DNA from: Chthonomonas sp. UBA6659
GTDB lineage: Bacteria > Armatimonadota > Fimbriimonadia > Fimbriimonadales > Fimbriimonadaceae
Assembly: GCA_002455425.1 (NCBI GenBank)
Contig: DKKT01000071.1
Span: 214,835-278,834, forward strand
Direction: 5' to 3'
DNA: 64,000 nt
Part shown: positions 1-8,954 of the stretch, in pieces
Layout of the letters: every line of letters starts with the position of its first letter
Numbering within the stretch: position 1 is the stretch's first letter
Notes under the pieces: generated by a model
What the model was told of the DNA's origin: nothing
The model's database searches: none
The model's input: the letters and a program-made list of their open reading frames with translations, nothing else
Program-made: the position numbers and the translations under genes

Positions 1-497
1 TCACGCTGCTCTTCGCATCCGTGATGGCCCTGCCCCGCACGTTTCTGGTGGAAGACGAGCAGGGCACCTTCGATCTGCTCCGTCTGATCAGCGAACCGCA
101 ACCCGTTTTTGTGGGCAAAACACTCTACAACCTCACTCAGATGCTCGTGACCGGCTTCGTCCTCGCGATCCTGCTGATCGGGTTCGCCGGACTCCAGGTG
201 ACGGTCGTCTGGCTTTATATTCTTGCATTGGTAGCGGAGTGTATGGCGCTGGCAGGGGCGGTAAGCTTGTGTGGCGCGCTCGCGATCGGGGCCGCGAACC
301 GCTGGATCTTGGCGGCAGTCTTATCGGTGCCGCTCCTCCTGCCCCAGGTCGCAATGGGTGTCGGCGCTTTTCGAGCCGCTCTCGGCGAAGGAACGATCGC
401 GGGCGGGACGCAAAACGTCTTGGGATTGTTAGGATTCGGGGTCGCCGCACTGGCCTTGGGACCAGTGCTCGCGGCCTCGGTGTGGAAAACGGAATGA
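1..497 (+). CDS. ccmB: heme exporter protein CcmB (cytochrome c maturation ABC permease), 5' truncated at window edge
   Basis: Open frame runs to position 1 (…TLLFASVMALPRTFLV…). Polytopic hydrophobic protein placed immediately upstream of ccmC with a 4-nt ATGA overlap, the typical ccmABCD order. Confidence 0.65.
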   Translation, partial: TLLFASVMALPRTFLVEDEQGTFDLLRLISEPQPVFVGKTLYNLTQMLVTGFVLAILLIGFAGLQVTVVWLYILALVAECMALAGAVSLCGALAIGAANRWILAAVLSVPLLLPQVAMGVGAFRAALGEGTIAGGTQNVLGLLGFGVAALALGPVLAASVWKTE

Positions 498-1249
498 GAC
501 CGATGCATTACGTGTTGATGGTGGGGATGGCGGCGGCCACGCTTCTTGCCTTCCTCGTGCCCGATGCCGACCAGTTCCAGAAGCCGGAGCTGGCCCGGAT
601 CTTCTTCTTCCACTTTCCTTCCGCACTGATCTGCAGCGTTTTCATCTTCCTCTCGGGTTGGTTCGGATTTTGGCTTCTCCGGACCCGGGACATGAAGTGG
701 GACGTGCGCAACGCGGCCTCGGTCGAGATGGGCGCCCTGTATGGGGTTTTCACCATGGCAACCGGCATCCTCTTCTCGGAAGTGCAATGGGGGACGTGGT
801 GGCAGTGGGATCCTCGGCAAACCTCCTTTCTCCTCGTTCTCGCCATTTTCGGGGCCGGTATCGCGATTCGGGGAGCGTTCTCCGATGAGCGCCGGAGGGC
901 GACGATCTCCGCCGCCTATTCCGTCGCGTCGTTGTTGCCGAGTCTCTTCCTCATCTTCGTCTTTCCGCGTCTGCCCCATATTGAGCAGATGTCGTTTCAC
1001 CCGTCTCAGACCGTCACCGGCGGTCTTCTCGACGGCTGGTACCGGGTCGGCGTCCTCAGCGTGGGCTTCATGCTGGCATGGCTGACGGTGATCGTCTATC
1101 GCATGCGAGTCCGCGTCGGCGAACTCGAATTCCAACGGGAGCAATTCGATGGATCTTTGGAAGCTGTTGGCGGCGGTGCCGCCCCTCATCGTGTGGTTCG
1201 GGCTGTTTCTGTATCTGAAGAACGTCGAGACACGCCTCAAGAAGTCTGA
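494..1249 (+). CDS. ccmC: heme exporter protein CcmC
   Basis: 251 aa. WGTWWQWDPR tryptophan-rich (WWD) motif and multiple TM helices. ATG overlaps the ccmB stop (ATGA). The C-terminal ~35 aa (QREQFDGSLEAVGGG…) do not look CcmC-like and overlap the ccmD-like ORF. Confidence 0.85.
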   Translation: MRPMHYVLMVGMAAATLLAFLVPDADQFQKPELARIFFFHFPSALICSVFIFLSGWFGFWLLRTRDMKWDVRNAASVEMGALYGVFTMATGILFSEVQWGTWWQWDPRQTSFLLVLAIFGAGIAIRGAFSDERRRATISAAYSVASLLPSLFLIFVFPRLPHIEQMSFHPSQTVTGGLLDGWYRVGVLSVGFMLAWLTVIVYRMRVRVGELEFQREQFDGSLEAVGGGAAPHRVVRAVSVSEERRDTPQEV

Positions 1250-1286
1250 GGACGCGATGCGCGACTGGACGTCCTCGTCGGGGTAG
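1149..1286 (+). CDS. ccmD: CcmD-like small membrane protein (46 aa), absent from the ORF track (<60 aa)
   Basis: MDLWKLLAAVPPLIVWFGLFLYLKNVETRLKKSEDAMRDWTSSSG: single TM helix followed by a charged tail, in the expected position directly after ccmC. Lies in a different frame and overlaps the ccmC 3' end by ~100 nt. Confidence 0.45.
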   Translation: MDLWKLLAAVPPLIVWFGLFLYLKNVETRLKKSEDAMRDWTSSSG

Positions 1287-1342
1287 GCGAATAGTCCTGG
1301 CCCTGCAACAATCGTCCCGCTGAGCCGATCTATTTCGAGACG

Positions 1343-1858
1343 ATGATGCTCACGTGCTCGCTTTTCGTACTCGCGCTCGTCGGCGCGCAGGATACGCCGC
1401 CCGCCTCGGAGTCGAGGCCTCCCGCGATCGTGATGCCTGCACCGCCGATGCCGGCACCGGTCGTGAAGCCGGTCGTCAAGCCGAAGGCTCCGGTCAAGCC
1501 GGCCAAGTCGATCAAGATCGATCTCAAGACCCAGACGCTGACCGCGCTCGAAGGCGACGATCCCGTCTACGTCTTCAATTGCAGCACCGGTCGGAACAAC
1601 GCGACCCCCCGCGGCGAGTTCCCGATCCGCCAGAAGCTCCGCCACAACCGGGCGCTCCCCAAGTACGGCGGCGCTCCGATCCCTTGGTCGCTCCGTCTCG
1701 ACATCGTCAGGAAAGGGAGGCGGGTGCCGATCGCGATCCATGCCTACAAGCATGTTCCCCGGTATCCCGCGTCTCACGGCTGCATCCGGCTCAAGCCGGC
1801 TGACGCCGAGCGGCTCTTCCCTTGGGCCGAAGTCGGCGTCCGGGTTTCGATCCAGTAA
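1343..1858 (+). CDS. L,D-transpeptidase (YkuD domain) with signal peptide and Pro/Ala/Lys-rich linker
   Basis: C-terminal catalytic motif HGCIRL (His/Cys of the YkuD fold). N-terminal hydrophobic signal sequence. Confidence 0.75.
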   Translation: MMLTCSLFVLALVGAQDTPPASESRPPAIVMPAPPMPAPVVKPVVKPKAPVKPAKSIKIDLKTQTLTALEGDDPVYVFNCSTGRNNATPRGEFPIRQKLRHNRALPKYGGAPIPWSLRLDIVRKGRRVPIAIHAYKHVPRYPASHGCIRLKPADAERLFPWAEVGVRVSIQ

Positions 1859-1861
1859 CGG

Positions 1862-2332
1862 TCAGCCGAGGAGATCGGCGATCGCGACCTCGCCGCGTGG
1901 CAGCGCGCTGTCGAGCTGGATGTTCGCCGTGCGGAGCCGTTGGGCCAGGACCTTGGCCACGTTGGTCATCAGGATCGCCCGGAATTCCGTATCCTCGTTC
2001 ATCAGCTGTCGGATGCCCTTCGAGGGAAACCAGGCTACTTCGGTCGCGCCGACCGCGGTGACAGTGGCCGACCGCGGCTGGTCGTCGACGAGCGAGACTT
2101 CACCGATCAAGCTTCCCGGGCCGACTTCGGCGACGGTTTCGCCGCTGAACGACTTGATGCGGGCTTCCCCGTCCAGGATGATCATGAGGTCGCTCGTCTT
2201 GTCGTACTGACGGAGGATGACGTCGCCGCCCTCGAATCGCTGGACTTTCGCGAGCGACGTGAAGCGCTCGATCTGGGCCGGAGTCATCCCCCGCAAAAGG
2301 TAGTTGTGCCGAACGGCGTCATTGACCAACAT
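1862..2332 (-). CDS. cyclic nucleotide-binding domain protein
   Basis: cNMP-binding beta-roll motifs (FGEISLVDDQPRSATVTA…). ATG chosen at 2332; the track ORF starts upstream at a TTG. Confidence 0.7.
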   Translation of the reverse strand: MLVNDAVRHNYLLRGMTPAQIERFTSLAKVQRFEGGDVILRQYDKTSDLMIILDGEARIKSFSGETVAEVGPGSLIGEVSLVDDQPRSATVTAVGATEVAWFPSKGIRQLMNEDTEFRAILMTNVAKVLAQRLRTANIQLDSALPRGEVAIADLLG

Positions 2333-2510
2333 GAAGTCCACCCTCAAGAACCGATTTCGGGCTCGGACCGAGCCCGTGCGGAGATCATAGCCGCGATGCC
2401 GACGCGAATGTCGCCCCTTGGGTCAGAGGTCCCGAAAGGAGAGTACTCACCGTTCCCCCTGGCGCATCCGGATCGTGCGGGAGGATCTCTGGCAGGGGCA
2501 CAATGAAGTT

Positions 2511-4604
2511 ATGCTCAATCGTCTCGCCCGGGAGACCTCGCCCTACCTGCGGCAGCACGAGGAAAACCCGATCGATTGGTACCCCTGGGGGGACGAGGCC
2601 TTCGCCCGCGCGGCGAACGAGGATCGGCCGATCTTCCTGAGCGTCGGCTACAGTTCCTGTCATTGGTGCCACGTGATGGCCCACGAGTCGTTCGAAGACT
2701 CCGACGTGGCCGAACATCTGAATCGCGATTTCGTGTCGGTCAAGGTTGATCGCGAGGAGCGTCCCGACGTCGACGAGGCCTACATGACGGCCGTTCAGCT
2801 CAGCAGCGGGCGCGGAGGCTGGCCGATGACGCTCTTCCTCACCCCCGACCGCAAGCCGTTCTTTGCCGGCACCTACTTCCCGCGCGACGACCGCAACGGC
2901 CACCCCGGATTTCTGACCCTCGTCCAAGGGGTCGCCCACGCGTGGCAAACACGCCGCGCTGAACTGATCGAGGCCGCCGACACGTTCACCCAGGCGCTTC
3001 GCGAGGCCCTCGGCGCCGCCATCGAGCCGCGCGGCATCACGCTCAATCGGCGGTTCGTGGACGACGCGATCGAAGCCCTCCACGGAGACTTCGATCCTGA
3101 CTTCGGCGGCTTTGGCGGTGCCCCCAAGTTCCCGCCCCACTCCGCCATCGCCTTTCTCCTCGACGCATCCCGGCGCCCAGCCGGGCTCGGCGCTCACCTC
3201 GGCGTGCCCGACCTCGCTGACCAAGCCCGAACGATGGCGTCGACGACGCTCGAGAAGATCGTCCTCGGGGGCATTCACGACCACGTCGGCGGTGGTTTCC
3301 ACCGTTACTCGACCGACGACCGGTGGTTCCTGCCGCACTTCGAGAAGATGCTCTCCGACAACGCCCTGCTCCTCAAGGCATTTGCCCGGGCCAAAGGGCT
3401 TGATCCGCGAACCGATGCGTTGTTCGCAAGGGCCGGGAACGGGATCGTCGACTGGCTCAAACGGGAAATGACGTCCCCGGAAGGGCTGTTCTTTGCCGCG
3501 CTCGATGCCGACAGCGATGGGGAGGAGGGTCTCTTCTATCTCTGGAGTCTCGACGACATCCGCGACGCTCTCTCAGGGCCCGATCCCGCGTTCGAAGCCG
3601 CGTTTGGCCTCCGCGAGGAGGGCAATTACTTCGATGAGGCAACCCGACGTCGGACCGGACTGAACGTGCTCGCACGAACCGAAGACGGCGCGGAGTCGTT
3701 CGATCGCCAATTGAGTACGCTCAGGAGCCGTCGCGCGATCCGAGAACGACCTCGGCTCGACGAGAAGGCGATCGCCGCCTGGAACGGAATGGCGATTCGA
3801 GGTCTCGTCGAGTTCGGCGAAGTCGCTTTGGCCCGTCGCTGCGCAGAGGCCTGGCTTGAGGCCGAACGCCAGTTCGGTCGCCTGCCGCACCAGGTGGTCC
3901 ACGGCGAGCCGAGCGGGCTCGCGTTTCTCGATGACTATGCCTTCCTGGTCGATGGGTTCGTTGCCCTCGGCTCCGCCACGGGGTCGCCCCTGTGGCACGA
4001 TCACGCTCGCATCTGGATCGGCGAGATCGACCGAGGCTTCTCCGACCGCGTTCACGGGGGTTTCTTCGCGACGTCCGGCGAACACGAGGCCCTCTTTGGG
4101 CGGACCAAGCCATTCACCGATGGAGCAACGCCGTCTGCCAACGCGACCCTCGCTTCCGGCCTCGTCGAGCTGGGCGAAACGACTTCGGCGATGGCCATCG
4201 TCCGAGCCGGGCTTGGCTGGATGCAGCGGGCACCTCTGGCCACTGAGTCGCTCTACGAAGTCCTCGCCCGATGTCTGGATGGTCGGGAACCGTTGCCTCG
4301 CATCGCGGTCGAGGAGTTTGCCGGCCGATCGGGCGCGACGCTGTGGTTGTTCCTCGACGAGGGCTCGCTCACCTACGCCGACCCGGCCCCGCCGGGTCTT
4401 GAGCCGGTCCGGGTCACCGCCGACGGCCCGGTCGAAGTACGGTTCCCGGAATCGGAGGACGGGGTCCTCACCGGCGCGATCCCGATTCGGGTCGCGTGGA
4501 GACCTGACTCTCGTCCGGGGATCTTGGACGTGACTTTCCAGGTTTGCACCGCCGAGCTTTGCGAGCTTCCGCAGACGCACTCGGTCCGCCTCGCCCCCGC
4601 ATGA
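2511..4604 (+). CDS. thioredoxin-domain protein of the DUF255/YyaL family (thioredoxin fold plus six-hairpin glycosidase-like domain)
   Basis: N-terminal SPYLRQHEENPIDWYPWGDEAF … SSCHWCHVM, the hallmark of DUF255. Internal ATG at 2511 preferred over the 2418 ORF start. Confidence 0.75.
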   Translation: MLNRLARETSPYLRQHEENPIDWYPWGDEAFARAANEDRPIFLSVGYSSCHWCHVMAHESFEDSDVAEHLNRDFVSVKVDREERPDVDEAYMTAVQLSSGRGGWPMTLFLTPDRKPFFAGTYFPRDDRNGHPGFLTLVQGVAHAWQTRRAELIEAADTFTQALREALGAAIEPRGITLNRRFVDDAIEALHGDFDPDFGGFGGAPKFPPHSAIAFLLDASRRPAGLGAHLGVPDLADQARTMASTTLEKIVLGGIHDHVGGGFHRYSTDDRWFLPHFEKMLSDNALLLKAFARAKGLDPRTDALFARAGNGIVDWLKREMTSPEGLFFAALDADSDGEEGLFYLWSLDDIRDALSGPDPAFEAAFGLREEGNYFDEATRRRTGLNVLARTEDGAESFDRQLSTLRSRRAIRERPRLDEKAIAAWNGMAIRGLVEFGEVALARRCAEAWLEAERQFGRLPHQVVHGEPSGLAFLDDYAFLVDGFVALGSATGSPLWHDHARIWIGEIDRGFSDRVHGGFFATSGEHEALFGRTKPFTDGATPSANATLASGLVELGETTSAMAIVRAGLGWMQRAPLATESLYEVLARCLDGREPLPRIAVEEFAGRSGATLWLFLDEGSLTYADPAPPGLEPVRVTADGPVEVRFPESEDGVLTGAIPIRVAWRPDSRPGILDVTFQVCTAELCELPQTHSVRLAPA

Positions 4605-4724
4605 TGGCGGGTGTCCGTCCTTCGGAGGACACCGTAACGGAGACTTGAAGTCGCCGGACGCACCACCCAGAATCAGGGTGAAGATCGGCGCAAGCCGACA
4701 AGCCGAATGGCAAGGAGAAGAGCG

Positions 4725-5774
4725 ATGCGAACGCGATGGATGCTTCTCACAGCAATAGGGATTGCTTGGCCGACGGCGGCATGGAGCAACACCTACACCG
4801 ACAATTTCGAGGATGGGACGTACGCCCCGATGTGGGTGCCGTGGAGCGTGGATGCTCCCCTTCCCATCGAGCAAAACGGGAGAATGGAATTCTTCCTCCC
4901 CGGCACCAGCTTCGGGCCGATGTTCTCGACGGGACTGCGCGGAGCCATGCGCCTGTGCGGCGACTTCGACGTGAAGTTCACGTTCGACCACCCGATCTGG
5001 CCCAAGAACAACGGGGTGCGGACGGGGATGACCCTGGGCAACAAGCATGGGGCCTACACCCTTGAGCGCACGAACCTTGGCCTCGGCATGGGCGACCATG
5101 TCCTCAGTGACATCGGCGGCAGCTTGACGATGTTGCCGTATGGCGGAACCCAAGGCAACCTCCGCATCCGCCGAGTCGGGATGGAAATGACCGGCTACGT
5201 GTGGAATGGTGAATGGCAGCCGCTTGGCACGTGGTTCGGCGCGATCGGACCGATGGATGTGGATCTCTGGGTCTGGTCCCACGACGCCTACTTCGGACGC
5301 CAGGACGTCCTCGCGACGTTCGACGACTTCATGGCCGCGGACAGTGCCTCGATCGTGAATGGTGCCGTCAACCTCGGCGATTACATCGGCCCACTCCTGG
5401 GCCAGCGAATCGAGATCTTGCTTGTTCAGGATGGCGCGGTCATCGATTCCCAGATCGTGACCCTCGATGAGTGGGGCCAGTTCCAGTTCGCGACGGAGGT
5501 CGCGGGTGAGGTCCGGGTCATGGCCAAGGGCACACACTGGCTGCGACGCTCCAGCCCGCCGATTCAGCTCGCTCCGAACGGCCTCCAAGTCGTCGACTTC
5601 GCCCTCACCAACGGCGACGTGGACAGCAACAACGTCATCGACAGCGACGACTTCGATCTCCTCGTGATCAACTTCGGTGAGCAGAACTTCATCGGGGACC
5701 TCGACGGGAACACGATGGTCGACAGCGATGACTTCGACATTCTCGTCGCCCACTTCGGCGAGCAGGGCGACTAA
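4725..5774 (+). CDS. secreted protein with two C-terminal dockerin-type Ca-binding repeats
   Basis: RBS aaggagaag before ATG 4725. Signal peptide MRTRWMLLTAIGIAWPTAAWS. Repeats DVDSNNVIDSDDFDLLV and DLDGNTMVDSDDFDILV resemble dockerin type I. Confidence 0.6.
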   Translation: MRTRWMLLTAIGIAWPTAAWSNTYTDNFEDGTYAPMWVPWSVDAPLPIEQNGRMEFFLPGTSFGPMFSTGLRGAMRLCGDFDVKFTFDHPIWPKNNGVRTGMTLGNKHGAYTLERTNLGLGMGDHVLSDIGGSLTMLPYGGTQGNLRIRRVGMEMTGYVWNGEWQPLGTWFGAIGPMDVDLWVWSHDAYFGRQDVLATFDDFMAADSASIVNGAVNLGDYIGPLLGQRIEILLVQDGAVIDSQIVTLDEWGQFQFATEVAGEVRVMAKGTHWLRRSSPPIQLAPNGLQVVDFALTNGDVDSNNVIDSDDFDLLVINFGEQNFIGDLDGNTMVDSDDFDILVAHFGEQGD

Positions 5775-5783
5775 TCAACCACA

Positions 5784-5846
5784 GCCGGCCGGCCGGAGCG
5801 GGAAACCGTTCCGGCCGGTCGGGGGGGGCAAAAGTCCTGTTTTTTC
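5784..5846 (+). terminator. GC-rich hairpin (ccggccgg arms) followed by a G8 run and a T-tract after the dockerin-repeat gene
   Basis: Palindromic gccggccggccgg…ccggccggtcgg, then ggggggggcaaaagtcctgttttttcgg. Confidence 0.35.
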
Positions 5847-6005
5847 GGACCGACGCCCCGATTTGGCACTTTCTGTGCGAACCTTGTAGGGCGAGCGGCC
5901 GTCCAACCCTCGCCTTCCGCTGAAAATGCGGAAAATACGCATGCCGAGCCGTGGATTTCTCCACGTCGGTGCAGTACACTAAGCTACCTTTTTCGGAGGC
6001 TATCG

Positions 6006-6887
6006 ATGAAGAAAGCGTTTACGCTTATCGAACTTCTGGTTGTTATTGCAATCATCGCCATTCTGGCAGCCATTCTGTTCCCCGTCTTCGCCCAGGCTAA
6101 GGAAGCCGCGAAGAAGACGGCCGACCTGTCGAACGTGAAGCAGTCCTCGACGTCGTTCCAGATGTATCTGGCCGACACCGATGACGTGTGGCCGCTTGCC
6201 ATCGGGCAAGATGCCGCCGGCGTCTGGCTGTGGAACTTCAACCACTACATCCCCGCCGACTATCCGAGCGCCGCGGGTGGCGATGGCAGCTATGCCCGCC
6301 GCATCGTCGCTTCGGTCAGCAGCTGGGCCAACTCCATGCAGCCGTATTCGAAGAACTACGACATCCTCGCTTCCCCGGGTACCCCGGCGGTCAGCGCGGG
6401 TGGCGCTTCTCTCGCCACGGTTGCGGCCGGCAAGCGCCGAGCCAACAGCACCCTGACGTACAACGGTATCCTCCACGGCTTTGGCCAGTCGGGTATCGCT
6501 ACGCCGTCCAAGCTCCCCGTCCTCTGGAACGGTCGCGGCAAGGCTCAGACGATCGGTGCGGCTCTCGCCAACCCGGTGCTCTACTGTAACCAGGCGAACC
6601 TGCCTTGTACGTACATCCCGGCCGCCTCCGGATGCTCCAGTGCCATCAACGGCCAGCAGTCGGCGATGTTCGTGCTGTCCGGTTCGATGTGGGTCTACAG
6701 CAAGGGCGCCAACTTCGCCATGGCCGACGGTTCTGCCAAGTTCCGCCGACTCGGTGCGACGCTCTCCCCGCGAGATACCGACTACAACACCGACCCGTAC
6801 ACCGGATACGACGCCAACGGCTTCCCCGGATTCTACTGGTGGGACCTCTGCCACAGCTGGTTGTTCCGCCCGAACATCGAGTGGTAA
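6006..6887 (+). CDS. prepilin-type N-terminal cleavage/methylation domain protein, DUF1559-like (H-X9-DG family)
   Basis: N-terminus [37 protein letters not shown] is a class III signal / type IV pilin-like methylation motif. RBS ggagg upstream. Confidence 0.8.
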   Translation: MKKAFTLIELLVVIAIIAILAAILFPVFAQAKEAAKKTADLSNVKQSSTSFQMYLADTDDVWPLAIGQDAAGVWLWNFNHYIPADYPSAAGGDGSYARRIVASVSSWANSMQPYSKNYDILASPGTPAVSAGGASLATVAAGKRRANSTLTYNGILHGFGQSGIATPSKLPVLWNGRGKAQTIGAALANPVLYCNQANLPCTYIPAASGCSSAINGQQSAMFVLSGSMWVYSKGANFAMADGSAKFRRLGATLSPRDTDYNTDPYTGYDANGFPGFYWWDLCHSWLFRPNIEW

Positions 6888-6934
6888 GCTAATGGGGACA
6901 GGGGTCGTTTGACTTCGGTCGAGCGATCCGAAAC

Positions 6935-6970
6935 GAAAGTCTCGGTTCGCCCCGGCGAACCGGGACTTTC
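6935..6970 (+). terminator. 17-bp perfect-stem hairpin (one U·G pair) between the prepilin-like gene and the mini-lipoprotein gene
   Basis: gaaagtctcggttcgcc / ggcgaaccgggactttc inverted repeat. No U-tract follows, so terminator versus regulatory hairpin is undecided. Confidence 0.3.
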
Positions 6971-6992
6971 ACTCTTCTAGGAGGTCTGTTGA

Positions 6993-7169
6993 ATGCGTAA
7001 ACTAGCAATCCTCTTGGCCATGGCGTTCATGGCATCGATCGTGATCACCGGATGCGGCGACAAGGCGGAACCGCCGCCCGAGGGTAAAGCCGGCGGAAGC
7101 GCCAAGACCCCGCCCGGGGTGGAGACCGGCGGAGGCACCGAAGGTGGCAAAGCCCAAGTTCCTCAATAA
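6993..7169 (+). CDS. mini-lipoprotein (58 aa), paralogue 1
   Basis: MRKLAILLAMAFMASIVITGC… with lipobox I-T-G-C. Strong RBS (taggaggt). Gly/Thr/Pro-rich tail. Absent from the track (<60 aa). Confidence 0.55.
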   Translation: MRKLAILLAMAFMASIVITGCGDKAEPPPEGKAGGSAKTPPGVETGGGTEGGKAQVPQ

Positions 7170-7346
7170 GCTCAGCAAGATCAGGATCGCCCCGCTCGAG
7201 TTCGGGCGGGGCCGTCGTGATGGGTTCCTCAGGCGTTTTCCTCCGCGAAGTATCCTGCGATTTCTTGTCGCATGTGTATCACGCTTCGCGATTTGAGAAT
7301 CCTCCTAGTACAAGGGCGGCCATGACCACTCTCGGAGGAACTCGAG

Positions 7347-8582
7347 ATGAAACTACTCTTCACTGTCATGATCGGAGCGCTTTCGGCGCACATGGTCTTC
7401 GCTGGCATCGTCAATGTCTCCACCGAGTCGGGGAGCGACGATCGGATGGCACCCTCCATCTGCCGCATCACCGTCGGTGGCACGAACGTCGTCCGCGTCG
7501 CCTATCTGGAAGGATGCTCGGGCGGAGTCCTTTCCGGCACCAACATCCGAATCAAGGACATCAACCAGTCGACGGGCGCGATCGTCGCCACGGTACAGAT
7601 GGCCTCAGGCACCTACGGCGCTCCCCGGATCAGTCGAGACGGACAGGGGATTGCGTACTGGAAGCTTCGCACTATTGGGGGATCGACGGTCGCCGTGCCC
7701 CATTTTCGAAGCCTTTCCCTCTCAGGCCTGTCGATGGGGAGCGAAGAGTATCCCAGTGACCAAGGCTATGCTCGGAACCAAAGCAATGGGACAATCTACA
7801 CGGGGGCATCGACGGACATAACGGTCGACAACAACTGGCCGCCGGCAATCACCGATGGCACGTCGCCGACGCTCGTTTGGGAAGACAGGTTTTCCGAGGC
7901 GGCTGGAGAGCTCGGCGCATACACCCCACTCGTCAAATGGGTCCCTGGAGGCTCGATCGACGACGTCGATGATTCCCACGGTTGCGTGTCCCCTGGGATC
8001 AGCGACGAAGGCACATACCTTGTGTATGCAAACGGGGGGCAGATCTATCGAGCCACCTCATGGTCGCTGCCCGGAACACAGGTGAGCTACAATGGCAATG
8101 GAACTAGCGCTTATCCCGCGATCAGTGGCTCTGGCCAGTACGTCGTCTTTGAGTCGACATCCTCGAACTTCAGTGGTGTCGCCCATGACGTGGCCGACGT
8201 CTATTGGTGGGACGCAAACAGCGCGACAACCGTCAACCTAGCCTACGCGACTGGGTCCGGTCCCGCATACTCGACGGCGATCAGGGCGTCCATCTCGCCG
8301 GATGGGGGCTTCATTGGCTTTGACTCGACGTGGTTCAACTGGACGACCACGGACATCTTCTGGCCGACCAACGATGTTGCGCCCTACGCGTTCAGGGTTG
8401 AGCGCGGCTCAACTTCGACGCGGCGCATGTTGAGTCACGGAAACCAGGCTACGGATGACGGGTACGTTGCCGCGAACGGGGCGCGCGTCTCGATGGAAGA
8501 CGGCGGGTACGCCGCATGGGATACCTCGGATGGATCGTATGCCAGCAGAACCGGCCGGGATATCTTGCTGCGTCTCCCGTAG
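7347..8582 (+). CDS. secreted WD40-like/PD40 beta-propeller repeat protein
   Basis: Signal peptide MKLLFTVMIGALSAHMVFA. Repeated …Y.ASIS.DG… / YVVFES motifs typical of TolB-like propeller blades. RBS ggagg. Confidence 0.55.
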   Translation: MKLLFTVMIGALSAHMVFAGIVNVSTESGSDDRMAPSICRITVGGTNVVRVAYLEGCSGGVLSGTNIRIKDINQSTGAIVATVQMASGTYGAPRISRDGQGIAYWKLRTIGGSTVAVPHFRSLSLSGLSMGSEEYPSDQGYARNQSNGTIYTGASTDITVDNNWPPAITDGTSPTLVWEDRFSEAAGELGAYTPLVKWVPGGSIDDVDDSHGCVSPGISDEGTYLVYANGGQIYRATSWSLPGTQVSYNGNGTSAYPAISGSGQYVVFESTSSNFSGVAHDVADVYWWDANSATTVNLAYATGSGPAYSTAIRASISPDGGFIGFDSTWFNWTTTDIFWPTNDVAPYAFRVERGSTSTRRMLSHGNQATDDGYVAANGARVSMEDGGYAAWDTSDGSYASRTGRDILLRLP

Positions 8583-8608
8583 AACTGGGCCTGTGTCCGC
8601 CGCAGAGT

Positions 8609-8644
8609 GGCCCGAGATTCTCTCGGGCCGCTTCTTTGTGTGTG
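8609..8644 (+). terminator. rho-independent terminator candidate after the beta-propeller gene
   Basis: ggcccgaga-ttc-tctcgggcc hairpin followed by gcttctttgtgtgtg. Confidence 0.4.
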
Positions 8645-8731
8645 TCCTCCGCGGGAACCCCCGCGCGGCCACGCTGTTGATTGGATTAGGTCCGCGAAGT
8701 CTAGCGTGGGCCAGTCTAGGAGGTAATCACC

Positions 8732-8890
8732 ATGCGCAAATTCGCGCTCATCGTCGCCATGGCCGCCATGGCCTCGATCATCGTCACCGGCTGCACGCCC
8801 AAGACCGATCCCAACGCAGGTACCGAGACCTCCGGCGGCAAGACGCCGGACGGTAAGGAGACCGGCGGTCAGGCCGAACAGCCCAAGTAG
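8732..8890 (+). CDS. mini-lipoprotein (52 aa), paralogue 2
   Basis: MRKFALIVAMAAMASIIVTGC… with the same lipobox and the same tctaggaggt RBS context as 6993..7169. Confidence 0.55.
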   Translation: MRKFALIVAMAAMASIIVTGCTPKTDPNAGTETSGGKTPDGKETGGQAEQPK

Positions 8891-8954
8891 GTCCGCCAGC
8901 AACGAAAGGGCCCCGGCTGATCGCCGGGGCCCGAGCGAGAAGGGGGGCGAGATC

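Noticed and set aside
215-1777. 520-aa minus-strand ORF across ccmC/ccmD
   Set aside because: Antisense to well-supported ccmC. Arg/Pro/Gly-rich composition typical of spurious high-GC reverse-frame ORFs.
2385-3338. 317-aa minus-strand ORF inside the DUF255 thioredoxin-domain gene
   Set aside because: Antisense artefact. No domain features.
3573-5753. 726-aa minus-strand ORF spanning the DUF255 gene end and the dockerin-repeat gene
   Set aside because: Crosses an intergenic region with terminator and RBS signals for the + strand genes. Low-complexity Arg/Gly/Pro composition.
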